From: an uncultured Chlamydiales bacterium | Lineage (GTDB): Bacteria > Chlamydiota > Chlamydiia > Chlamydiales > JAAKFR01 | Assembly: GCA_963705695.1 (NCBI GenBank) | Contig: CAVPKN010000016.1 | Location: forward strand, 27,611 to 91,610 | Direction: 5' to 3' | Length of the DNA stretch: 64,000 nt | Shown here: positions 29,799-38,622 of the stretch, piece after piece | Layout of the letters: every line of letters begins with the position of its first letter | How positions within the stretch are numbered: the stretch's first letter is position 1 | Translations under genes and position numbers: made by a program | The notes under the pieces: generated by a model | Database searches by the model: none | Told to the model about the DNA's origin: nothing | The model's input: only the letters and a program-made list of their open reading frames with translations

Positions 29799-30671
29799 TC
29801 AGCGCTTTATTTTAGCGGCACAATGTTGATCTAGAAAGGAGCGAATACCGTTTTTCATTTCATTCACATGTGTTTCAAGTGCAAAATGGCCGGTGTCATA
29901 AAAAATAACCTGTGCGTTCGGTATATCCCGCTTGTAGCTTTCTGCTCCTTGAGGAAGGAAAAATGGATCATTTTTTCCCCAGATGGCGAGTAAAGGGGGG
30001 GTGTATGTGCGAAAATATTCCTGAAACTTAGGATAAAGATCCACGTTACTGGAATAATCACGAAAAAGGTCGAGCTGAATCTCGTCATTTCCTGGACGTG
30101 CTAAAAGCGCTGAATCAAGAGTATAGCTTTCAGGCTCCACTAAGGTTTCATCAGAAACTCCATGGAGATACTGCCACTTGACACTCTCTGGTTTTAAGAA
30201 TTCTCTAAGGGCTGCACGATTTTCTGGAGTGTTTTCTTTCCAGTACTTTTGAATAGGGTTCCATCCTTGACTCAATCCCTCAACATAAGCATTTCCGTTT
30301 TGGGAGATGATAGCGACGATTTGATCAGGGTGCTTAAGTGCTAGGCGGAGACCCACTGGTGCACCATAGTCGAATATGTAAAGCACGTATTCTTTTAACT
30401 GTATAACCTGGGTGAATTGCTCTACGATTTGAGCCAGATTATCGAAGGTGTATTTGAATGTGCTACTTGGAGGAGAATCTGAAAATCCAAAACCTAATAA
30501 ATCGGGAGCCACAACATGGTATTGATCAGCAAGTAATGGGATCAATCGGCGGAACATATGCGATGAAGTTGGAAATCCGTGCAAAAGGAGTAGAGTAGGT
30601 GATTGTGGGTCTCCAGCTTCGCGATAAAAGATCCGGTAATCGTTAACTTTAGCAAATCGACTATAGAGCAT
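29799..30671 (-). CDS. alpha/beta hydrolase (epoxide hydrolase/haloalkane dehalogenase-like)
   Basis: HGFPTSSHMFR oxyanion region, nucleophile elbow FDYGAPVG, and a C-terminal GHFALE histidine. Confidence 0.8.
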   Translation of the reverse strand: MLYSRFAKVNDYRIFYREAGDPQSPTLLLLHGFPTSSHMFRRLIPLLADQYHVVAPDLLGFGFSDSPPSSTFKYTFDNLAQIVEQFTQVIQLKEYVLYIFDYGAPVGLRLALKHPDQIVAIISQNGNAYVEGLSQGWNPIQKYWKENTPENRAALREFLKPESVKWQYLHGVSDETLVEPESYTLDSALLARPGNDEIQLDLFRDYSSNVDLYPKFQEYFRTYTPPLLAIWGKNDPFFLPQGAESYKRDIPNAQVIFYDTGHFALETHVNEMKNGIRSFLDQHCAAKIKR

Positions 30672-30800
30672 AGCTAAAACATTCTTTAGGTGAAAAACAT
30701 CTTTTTAAAATAAAGTCACATGATTTGTCAATCGTTTGGGTGAATGTATAGTCGATTCAGCCCAAAATTTTACGTCTTCACCTTACGATCGATTATCTTA

Positions 30801-30886
30801 AGCCAAATAATGGAGAAAAGTGGCTCCTGTTTCATCTTCATGTTTTAAATGCAGATTTCACACGATCTTACCGTTGTACCTGCTCA
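30801..30886 (-). pseudogene. remnant of a paralog of the protease-SEL1-ANK gene
   Basis: 30801-30856 aligns with 23704-23759 and 30857-30886 aligns with 24401-24430, i.e. two pieces of the 23500..25296 gene joined by an internal deletion. Confidence 0.6.
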
Positions 30887-30918
30887 TTTTATTTTTCATT
30901 TTATTTTTTAGCTTGCAT

Positions 30919-31404
30919 ATGAAAAATTTACTTCTTTCAACACTCATAGGTGGGATTAGAAAGATTATGAGTTGCTCATGCATAAAATATGCTTTTATGA
31001 GTGAAAAAGATTTTGGGGCACCGATTCCAAAATCTGTGGAATACCGACAGAAAAAATCTTGCATGGAGTTTTTAATGGTGCATTTTGTCGTTCTGGCTTT
31101 TTTGTATGCACTAATTGCAATGTCTATAAATGGGTCTTCTTTAGAGAGTATCCACACTCGTAATTTGGTCTTGCTTCTAGCCACAGGTTTCCTCTGTCTG
31201 ATAATGCGCCTATATTTTAATGCCATGCAATTTAAGAATCTGGAACAGGAAATGAGAAAACAAAAAGCCCCAAAAACAAGCCGACACTTGATTTTGGGGA
31301 AACATTCTTGGAGAATCATACCAGTTGAACCGTGCGTTATTGAAACACCGTCTCTGGGTTGGATAGCAACGTCTGATAATATATGTTATGTTACCTTAAA
31401 GTAA
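30919..31404 (+). CDS. hypothetical membrane protein (bilobed hydrophobic domain)
   Basis: I moved the start to ATG 30919, because the ORF-track N-terminus runs through the gene remnant. The hydrophobic pair is FLMVHFVVLAFLYALIAM / LVLLLATGFLCLIM. Confidence 0.35.
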   Translation: MKNLLLSTLIGGIRKIMSCSCIKYAFMSEKDFGAPIPKSVEYRQKKSCMEFLMVHFVVLAFLYALIAMSINGSSLESIHTRNLVLLLATGFLCLIMRLYFNAMQFKNLEQEMRKQKAPKTSRHLILGKHSWRIIPVEPCVIETPSLGWIATSDNICYVTLK

Positions 31405-31475
31405 AATTGGATAAAGGTGGCAGATGAAAGATTTCACGTATCACCAAGCGAGATCTGATGAGACCTTCGTGTGCT

Positions 31476-32480
31476 TTATGGTCTTTGTTTTGCCACTAAA
31501 AAATTACAAATCTCTGTGATTTCATCTTGGGATTTATGCAGATAGTCTTCTCCCAGCTTGACGAGGCTTTGTAAATTATCCAACGAAACATTATCCATTG
31601 CGCAGTACTTGGAATCCAGATCGAGTTGGATGCGATGTCTTTGTAATAAAGGATATGCTTTTATCTCGAGCTCAGCCAGTTGATTGTTGGCATTGATCAT
31701 CAAATCGATTAAATTAATCTGAGTCAGCCAACCCAGGATACCTTTATTACTTAATGTTTGGCCAGGAAGTTTAAGCTTAGGCTGTCCAGTCCCTAAAGAA
31801 AGTATAAATATCTGCTCGGGCTTAAGGTCGGGATTTTGGATGAGGGCTTCTGTCACAGCAAGAGCTTCTGGGTCATTGGCATAAATCCCCCCGTCGACTT
31901 CAGAGGTCGTGCTTCCATCTTGGAATGTCATTACTTTTGGAGCAAAATAAGTGGGTGCAGCCGAGCTGGCACCAGCTGCATCAGACATCAGAACATTAAA
32001 GTTAACGTCTTTTTTTGCCCGGTAACTTGTCCATATGCTTGGGACATCTTGAGTCAGACTGTAGGAGGTGACAATGACATGCGTGACCACTTGGCTTAAA
32101 TGTAAGTCTCCAAAAAATTCTTGGAGAACTCGATCCAAATTGGAACGGTCATAGCGAGGTGCCCAAAGTCCTAAACCTGTATAGAGAGGTCTAAAAAACG
32201 ATTTTTCAAAAATCTTTGGAGTTCGTGTGGTATATAAATTTAAAACATCTTCGGCACTATATCTAGGTTGATTGTTATTTTTCTGTGCAGAAAGACAAAG
32301 AGCTAAGATCCCTCCGGTCGAATTACCGATAATGAGGTCAAAAAGTTGAGAAATGGGTTTACCCGTTTTTGCTTCTATTTCACGCAAAATCGTCAGAGGG
32401 ATTAATCCACGTACACCTCCACCATCTAGAGACAAAACTAAAAAGGGTTTCAACGAAGATGTTGAAAAAGGTGTTTTCAT
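31476..32480 (-). CDS. patatin-like phospholipase
   Basis: GGGVRG oxyanion motif, GNSTG (GxSxG) and the catalytic DGG (EVDGGIYANDP). GGAG lies upstream of ATG 32480. The alternative start is 32495. Confidence 0.85.
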   Translation of the reverse strand: MKTPFSTSSLKPFLVLSLDGGGVRGLIPLTILREIEAKTGKPISQLFDLIIGNSTGGILALCLSAQKNNNQPRYSAEDVLNLYTTRTPKIFEKSFFRPLYTGLGLWAPRYDRSNLDRVLQEFFGDLHLSQVVTHVIVTSYSLTQDVPSIWTSYRAKKDVNFNVLMSDAAGASSAAPTYFAPKVMTFQDGSTTSEVDGGIYANDPEALAVTEALIQNPDLKPEQIFILSLGTGQPKLKLPGQTLSNKGILGWLTQINLIDLMINANNQLAELEIKAYPLLQRHRIQLDLDSKYCAMDNVSLDNLQSLVKLGEDYLHKSQDEITEICNFLVAKQRP

Positions 32481-32662
32481 AATAAGTTTCTCCATTTGAC
32501 AACGCGATTATACATCGGTCAAGAAATTTGTTATATCAGTAAAATTTTGCACAGCATGAAGCCTCGAACATTTTGGCTTAAATTCAAAAAAGGTAACGTA
32601 TATGATCGGTAACTCCGCGCTTACTACTTGTTTTGTCAACCGGTTTTTGTGAGGTTTTTAAT

Positions 32663-34177
32663 ATGATGACGACTTTTAATATGTATTGTCGCTGGGAAGG
32701 CTTAACGACGTTTTGCCAACATGAGCGAGATTGGAGCCCTTTTAGGGTCTTTAGGATCTCTATACCGCTTACCGATAATCAGGAACTTGTACTCGTGGTT
32801 CCTGAGATGCCGACTATGGAGCGAATACAATATTTATCGTGCATCGTTCACAAAATGCATGTATCTACAAATGGATGCTTTAAACAGATGCACGAGCAAA
32901 TCAGCTACCCTTTCATTCCAATTATGCCGGATTCTATTAATAAAAAGCTTAAAGCAACCGCCTGGTTTATGTCAGAAGAACATGGAGGACGCGCGATGGT
33001 GAGTTACCAGGGGCAGGTTAGTTTTTCGAAAAACATTGTTTCAGCTTCAAGTGACGTTGAATTTGAGTTTTCGGAAAATTTACAAGGTGGAGAATCCTAT
33101 GACTTAACTTTCAGGATCGATCAACGTAACAAGAAGGTACTGGGGGCTTTTACCAAATTCCTGACTCTTCCTTACTTTGAAGGCAAACTACTGCCCGATG
33201 TCTTCGATGATAGCGATTTATTGAGCTTTGTTGAAATGCAGTTGGTTTCAGATTTAACTCAAACGCTTCTGAAGACCTTTGAGTGCAAACTGAAAAAACA
33301 AAAGATCCCTCTTCAGTATAAAATGATCATTAATGAACAAAAAGTAGCAATCGATATTATTAGAATTAAAATCAAACAAGAGAACCAAAATACACTTGAA
33401 TTGGCTACTCGAGTCGCCATGAACTTGCAGGAACAAATTAAGCTCAGTCTTACCGAAAGATTAGAATACGAAAAGGCAGCCTGGCTAGAAATCAATCAAA
33501 TGTTTCAAAAAGACTGGCTCTACAAAATCGCCTATGCCTATCTTGAAACACATGTGGAAGGGCCCATTGCTGAGCCCTTGACTCATTTGATACAAGAATT
33601 GGCGAAGGCCTTTAAAACTTCACATGAAGAGATACAAGGGATCAAATCATTGCTGAAATCTCCAAAGAAGAAAGCACCAAAGCCGCGGAACAAAATAGAG
33701 CCCGGAACTGCTGCTATAACACTGGCTAAAAAACCCTCTTTAAAAAATAGCGCTTTGATGACATTCCTCTATCCCTTTGTAGAGCAGCTCACCCAAAAAG
33801 CACTCCCACACTTTGGAAAATTGGTAGGACAGCAAGCCATGCTTCAACTAGATCCGCGGGACGAAACAAGCATTGCCATTAAAATTATCGAAGACGAAAT
33901 TAAAAAATTTGACCTAGAGTTGGTAGAATGTCTGGAAGCTGAAATTCAGAGATTACAAAGTGAATCCATGGACAATCCCGACAAAAAACAAAGCTTGGTA
34001 GCAAGAGCTGCTCTAGCGTGTTTTACCTTTTTGGGTCATGATTTTTTTTATAACATTATGTATTTATTTCTTGAGCAGCATGTGCACAGGCCTCCGACTG
34101 AAGCATATCGCATGTTGATGGGCACGATGGCGCAGACATTTATGAAAGAGTGTTTTGCTACAACTGAACACATTTAG
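32663..34177 (+). CDS. hypothetical protein with an internal two-fold repeat
   Basis: Long ORF with the start set at ATG 32663. YKIAYAYLETHVEGPIAEPLTHLIQELAKAF recurs as YNIMYLFLEQHVHRPPTEAYRMLMGTMAQTF near the C-terminus. Confidence 0.55.
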   Translation: MMTTFNMYCRWEGLTTFCQHERDWSPFRVFRISIPLTDNQELVLVVPEMPTMERIQYLSCIVHKMHVSTNGCFKQMHEQISYPFIPIMPDSINKKLKATAWFMSEEHGGRAMVSYQGQVSFSKNIVSASSDVEFEFSENLQGGESYDLTFRIDQRNKKVLGAFTKFLTLPYFEGKLLPDVFDDSDLLSFVEMQLVSDLTQTLLKTFECKLKKQKIPLQYKMIINEQKVAIDIIRIKIKQENQNTLELATRVAMNLQEQIKLSLTERLEYEKAAWLEINQMFQKDWLYKIAYAYLETHVEGPIAEPLTHLIQELAKAFKTSHEEIQGIKSLLKSPKKKAPKPRNKIEPGTAAITLAKKPSLKNSALMTFLYPFVEQLTQKALPHFGKLVGQQAMLQLDPRDETSIAIKIIEDEIKKFDLELVECLEAEIQRLQSESMDNPDKKQSLVARAALACFTFLGHDFFYNIMYLFLEQHVHRPPTEAYRMLMGTMAQTFMKECFATTEHI

Positions 34178-34295
34178 CTCATCTCTGAAATTTCAATAAA
34201 CAGCAAAAGTTCATTTCGCAAAAATAAAGACATTTCCATATAATACTCAGCGATTTAAGTAATTTTTTTTAAACGCAAAAAATCGAGGATTAATT

Positions 34296-34862
34296 ATGGC
34301 TATTATGACTGTTGGACTGGCCCCAGGACAGGCGGAAACCGTAGAAATACAGAAATCATTTTCAAGGCTTGTAAAGTATGCTCAAACGCCTCATGGAAGA
34401 TGTAAGATTCTTAAGTATTGCGGAGTGGGAGGTGGCATTATTTCAATAGTAGGATTGGCTGCTATTGCCATCAAACACTTGCCTGCAAGTGATCAGTCAG
34501 GGAGAATCGGAATTATTACTGGAGGTTCGCTTTTCGTAATGGCCGTGATTGTTTTCGCCTTAATTTGGTTTAATCCCTGCAAGGCTAAACATTTAAACGA
34601 TAGATCGCGAAGTTTAGATTGCTGCTCAGATCAAAAGGTGTATACTACTGTTGGCTCAGGAATGACCGCAATGGACGAGGATGGTATTATATTAGAAGCA
34701 GAAACGGTGGAAGAGCTACCACCTGTCCCAAAAGACATAAAGGGTATCCCTCTAGGGCCTATTCAGGACCAGGTTATTAGTGTAGAACCCGAGCCTGGAA
34801 CAGTAGGCGTAGGATTAGAAGAAATCGGAACGGAAGAACCCGCCGAGCAAACCGATTTATAA
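34296..34862 (+). CDS. hypothetical membrane protein with a bilobed hydrophobic domain (Inc-like)
   Basis: GAGGA lies 6 nt upstream of the ATG. GVGGGIISIVGLAAIAI / IGIITGGSLFVMAVIVFALIWF are separated by a short loop. The C-terminus is acidic. Confidence 0.55.
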   Translation: MAIMTVGLAPGQAETVEIQKSFSRLVKYAQTPHGRCKILKYCGVGGGIISIVGLAAIAIKHLPASDQSGRIGIITGGSLFVMAVIVFALIWFNPCKAKHLNDRSRSLDCCSDQKVYTTVGSGMTAMDEDGIILEAETVEELPPVPKDIKGIPLGPIQDQVISVEPEPGTVGVGLEEIGTEEPAEQTDL

Positions 34863-34894
34863 GCATGGGCGCGCTTCCGTTATTGAAGAAGGTC

Positions 34895-35046
34895 AAAACG
34901 TTCTCCTCGTAATCCAAGGGTTTTTTTGAGCGCAGATTGCAATTTTTTTGCGACGATCATAGCTGCAGGCGCTATTTTCAAGCAAAAAAGCGCGATTTGC
35001 GCCAAAAAAAGTCCTGAGGATGAGGAGGATCAATCCTACTCAGATT
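34895..35046. mobile_element. MITE-like repeat, family B, degenerate copy (B3)
   Basis: The core GAGCGCAGATTGCAATTTTTTTGCGACGATCATAGCTGCAGGCGCTATTTTCAAGCAAAAAAGCGCGATTTGCGCC and the right TIR are conserved. The left TIR is eroded, so the left boundary is approximate. Confidence 0.7.
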
Positions 35047-35049
35047 AAA

Positions 35050-36315
35050 TTAAGGCTTTGTTCTGCGCTGAAAGAGGTAAAATGTGATAAATACCCCAAT
35101 TAATGCAGTGATGCCAATTAACATGATAATATGCATTTTCTTTTTGATGGTGTGGAAAAAAGTCATTTTCACAGGATTAGCCGCATACAGTTTCACTTTT
35201 TGTACGGGTTTGTCACCCACGTAGAGTACAACTTCTCCAACACTCGTTCCCTTCTTTATAGGCGGTTTTATATCACCCCAAGTGACTTGACCTCGCGTTT
35301 TCGGTTCTTCAGATGGATAATAACTCAATGTCATTGGCTCTTGGGTATAAGTGTTGAGTATTTGATTGCCACCGGGAATTTTACGGGAAAATGATTTTAA
35401 ACCAGCCGCTAGCAAAATACGACTGACCTCTTTTTCTTGAAATGCAGCTTCAAACAGCTTTTTCGTATCCTGAAACCGCTCCGCACCGGTTTTAGCTTGT
35501 AAAACCACAGCGATCAACGAACGCCCCTCTTTATCTGCTTGTGCAGCAAGGCAATACCCTGCCCTTCGGTGGTAGCCTGTTTTTATACCTATTGTCGGGG
35601 CATAGTAATGTGCCCCTTTTACCAACATCCGATTCGTGGGTCGTAAAAGGACCGCCTCTTGCTTGTTTGTCAGAGGGCGCTCAAAACGTGCTTTTTTCAC
35701 CATTTCCCGAAAGAGAGGTTCTTTCATCGCTTCCTGACACAAAAGTGCAAGATCTTCAGCTGTGGAAACGTGATTGGGGTGGTGGAGACCGTGTGGGTTT
35801 GTAAAATGGGTATTTTTACATCCTATAGAAAGGAGGTAGCGATTGACATCCTCAACACATTTCTCAATGGAGCCGTTTCCCATGGCCTCAGCGATCATAT
35901 TGGAGGCATCATCGGCAGAAACGACCATGGTTGCCTCCAAAAGATCGGAAAAAACCATCTCCTCCCCTACCTTTAAACCCATATGGGAAGCTTCGGTTTC
36001 TAAAATGTAGGAAGGGACCGTAGCGAAATTATTCTTCCCTTTTTGGGATTCAGAGAGCCACTTTACGGCATCGTTTGAGCAAATGCATCTTTTGCTAAAG
36101 AGATCTTTCCGATACTTAATCGCATAGAGAGCAAAAGCGATCTTTGTACAACTTGCTGGATACATCGACTGCGTTGCATTTTTCGAATAGAGGATATTCC
36201 CAGTTGTTGCATTAATTAAAAGAGCGCAGGGGCTTTCAATATCGACGTTTAAATGGCCCCACAAAACATGGGAAATGCAGAATAAAATGCTCCCTACTCT
36301 CAACAGATGTATCAT
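35050..36315 (-). CDS. D-alanyl-D-alanine carboxypeptidase (PBP5/6-like, S11)
   Basis: ASCTK (SxxK) and KTG (IKTGYH), an N-terminal signal and a C-terminal membrane anchor. Confidence 0.85.
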   Translation of the reverse strand: MIHLLRVGSILFCISHVLWGHLNVDIESPCALLINATTGNILYSKNATQSMYPASCTKIAFALYAIKYRKDLFSKRCICSNDAVKWLSESQKGKNNFATVPSYILETEASHMGLKVGEEMVFSDLLEATMVVSADDASNMIAEAMGNGSIEKCVEDVNRYLLSIGCKNTHFTNPHGLHHPNHVSTAEDLALLCQEAMKEPLFREMVKKARFERPLTNKQEAVLLRPTNRMLVKGAHYYAPTIGIKTGYHRRAGYCLAAQADKEGRSLIAVVLQAKTGAERFQDTKKLFEAAFQEKEVSRILLAAGLKSFSRKIPGGNQILNTYTQEPMTLSYYPSEEPKTRGQVTWGDIKPPIKKGTSVGEVVLYVGDKPVQKVKLYAANPVKMTFFHTIKKKMHIIMLIGITALIGVFITFYLFQRRTKP

Positions 36316-36497
36316 ATCTCAACCCGGAACACATTTGTATCTTAATGCAACACCCTCTTCTGATCAATAGACAAGGCAGCATGTATCATTTTTCCTTGGA
36401 CTATTGGATCACTAGTTTCGACTGTGGAGGGGATTGCTGTAAATATTTGAGGTTTTAGTGGTTGCGCGTTCGTCTGTACCAAGTCGAATCATGTCAC

Positions 36498-36635
36498 TTT
36501 CGTGAATGAGCCCGCGCCCTAATTCAAGATAACAATTCGGGCACGGGCTCGGGCCCGGGCTCGTTCACGAAAATGCCTCGATCTTAGCCAGTTGAAAGCT
36601 ATTATAAAACTTAGTTTTTAATGGTCGGTGCCCTG
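36498..36635. mobile_element. MITE-like repeat, family A, partial copy (A3)
   Basis: Palindrome TTTCGTGAATGAGCCCG...CGGGCTCGTTCACGAA plus an arm ending TTTTTAATGGTCGGTGCCCTG. Confidence 0.8.
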
Positions 36636-36736
36636 GGAAGTGCGGCTTTTCTTGTAAAAATAGTTATTAGACATTAAATTAGGGTTGGAAAAAGTAGGCT
36701 TATTTAAAGCTGGCATAGAAATAAAAGGAGAAAGTT

Positions 36737-37105
36737 ATGGGAGAGTGTGGTTCTCGAGAAAGTTGCTGTTCATCCAATGAAAAAGGGAATTGCGGCAGTA
36801 ATTGCCAATGCTGCTGTTCCAAACAAGAGCAAGGGAGCTGTCAAGAGAAGAGCTGCCGTGAAGAGTGTGAAAAAGAAGATTTTGCGAGCTGCTTAATTGA
36901 AGCTGCAGATTGTGCGTGGATGGAAGCATTGAAAGAAAAAATGAAACAGCATCTATTAGCTACTCAGGGAGATAAGCTGAATGAGTTGGCTAAAATTGTT
37001 ACAGAAACAAACAATTTGAGATGGAAGAATAAAATGGAAAAGAAACAGGGTTGCAAAGATTTTAAAGAGAAATTGTGCAACTTTTTTGGACGTTCTAAAT
37101 CTTAA
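36737..37105 (+). CDS. cysteine-rich small protein (Cys-dense N-terminal half, helical C-terminal half)
   Basis: AAAGGAGAAAG lies upstream of the ATG and a strong terminator follows. 15 of the first 52 residues are Cys (CC, CxC, CCC clusters). No signal peptide. Confidence 0.65.
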   Translation: MGECGSRESCCSSNEKGNCGSNCQCCCSKQEQGSCQEKSCREECEKEDFASCLIEAADCAWMEALKEKMKQHLLATQGDKLNELAKIVTETNNLRWKNKMEKKQGCKDFKEKLCNFFGRSKS

Positions 37106-37141
37106 GTTATAGAAATTATTCTTCTTAAAGAATTCTTATTT

Positions 37142-37182
37142 GGCTGTGTAGAAGGAAAATCCTTTCGACACAGCCTTTTTTT
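37142..37182 (+). terminator. rho-independent terminator
   Basis: The GGCTGTGT ... ACACAGCC stem is followed by TTTTTTT. Confidence 0.8.
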
Positions 37183-37207
37183 GTGCTGTGCGTCACAGAG
37201 TGAAGAA

Positions 37208-37957
37208 TCAGAGAGAAAGTAGCAATATCTCCAAGCACACAGAGAGCCGAGTGGAACGATCGTAAGCTAAGCGCGCCTGTTTTAAACGTTTTTCTACATG
37301 ATCAAGAGGTATTAAAGGGGTCTTTTTGATCAGCTCGATCGAATCAGGATAACAAAGATAGTGGAGATCCCCTCCTATTTCGATCAGAAACCGATCCCGA
37401 TACCACTGCATGATCGTTGCAAAAACAAGTTCCGGATCCTCATTTTCAATAGCCTGCGCTTTTTGAACATCCCACCCATCGCTGAGGAGAGAGAGCAGTT
37501 CCGCAGGGGGCTTCTTTTTGCTGTGATCGGGAAAAAATAGGGTGCAGCAGCGGGAAACTAGGGTGGGTAAGAGGCGTTCAGGATGATCGGAAAGAAGGAT
37601 AATCACCGTCTGTGCCGCGGGTTCTTCTAAAGTTTTTAAGAGGGAGTGACTACTCGTTGGGAGCATCTGGTCTGCTCCATGAATGATAAAGATTTTCCAT
37701 TTACCCATATAGGGCACTAGCGCAACCTCCCGCATGAGCGTGCGCAGAGATTCGATCGAATGGAGACCTATTTTTCCCTCTGGGAAAAAAAGATGGATAT
37801 CGGGATGTTGATCGATTTTTTTTTGGGTTTCCAAAAGATCTAGGGCAAATCGGTACGCTGCTTGTTGCTTTTCCTCTCCTTTAGGCCCACAAAAAAGGAG
37901 GGCGTGGGGCACGTTGCCTGATTTGAGGAATTGAGCCAGACAGCTCGCGGCGCTCAT
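37208..37957 (-). CDS. holB: DNA polymerase III delta' subunit
   Basis: HALLFCGPKG, the clamp-loader-like SRC motif (LVSRC), and its position after tmk. Confidence 0.75.
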   Translation of the reverse strand: MSAASCLAQFLKSGNVPHALLFCGPKGEEKQQAAYRFALDLLETQKKIDQHPDIHLFFPEGKIGLHSIESLRTLMREVALVPYMGKWKIFIIHGADQMLPTSSHSLLKTLEEPAAQTVIILLSDHPERLLPTLVSRCCTLFFPDHSKKKPPAELLSLLSDGWDVQKAQAIENEDPELVFATIMQWYRDRFLIEIGGDLHYLCYPDSIELIKKTPLIPLDHVEKRLKQARLAYDRSTRLSVCLEILLLSL

Positions 37958-38622
37958 TTTAATAATCTTCCAAAAGCGGGTTTTAAAAGAGCTTCTAAAG
38001 CCTTTAAGGCAGCGCTTTTAACTTGCTCTATAGGCAGCGCTGCATCGATGACGACGATACGATCAGGATGTTTATCAGCAAGATGGAGATAACCCTGCCT
38101 CACGTCCCTATGAAAAGGGAGATGCTCCCTTTCAAAACGATCACGAGCTTCCTTTCTGCTTGTAAGAATACGATCCATCCCCTTTTCGGGGTCGAGATCA
38201 AGAAGGAGCGTCAAATCAGGGTCTTCGGCAACTTGATTGCACAAATTTTCTACAAAGTTCATTCCCAGATGGCGTGCACACCCTTGATAGGCAATTGTCG
38301 AATCATTGAACCGCTCACAGAGGACAATTTTTCCCTCCATCAAGGCAGGTTTAATGGATAGTTCAAGATGTTGAGAGCGAGCAGCTAAATAGAGTAAAAG
38401 CTCAGCCTTTGGAGAAATTGCGAAGGCATTATTAGGATCAAGAAGCAATTCCCTAATGTGTTCAGAGAGAGGTGTCCCTCCCGGTTCCCTAGTTCTTTCT
38501 ACCTGATACCCACGCTCTGTGAGTTGAGAAACTAAATAATTACAAACCGTTGTTTTCCCACTTCCATCCCCCCCCTCTATGGTGATAAAAAGACCCTCAT
38601 AGGGTCGATTGCTCTGCCGCAT
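37954..38622 (-). CDS. tmk: thymidylate kinase
   Basis: P-loop IEGGDGSGKTT, a DRF-like region and LID residues. It overlaps holB by 4 nt. Confidence 0.9.
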   Translation of the reverse strand: MRQSNRPYEGLFITIEGGDGSGKTTVCNYLVSQLTERGYQVERTREPGGTPLSEHIRELLLDPNNAFAISPKAELLLYLAARSQHLELSIKPALMEGKIVLCERFNDSTIAYQGCARHLGMNFVENLCNQVAEDPDLTLLLDLDPEKGMDRILTSRKEARDRFEREHLPFHRDVRQGYLHLADKHPDRIVVIDAALPIEQVKSAALKALEALLKPAFGRLLK

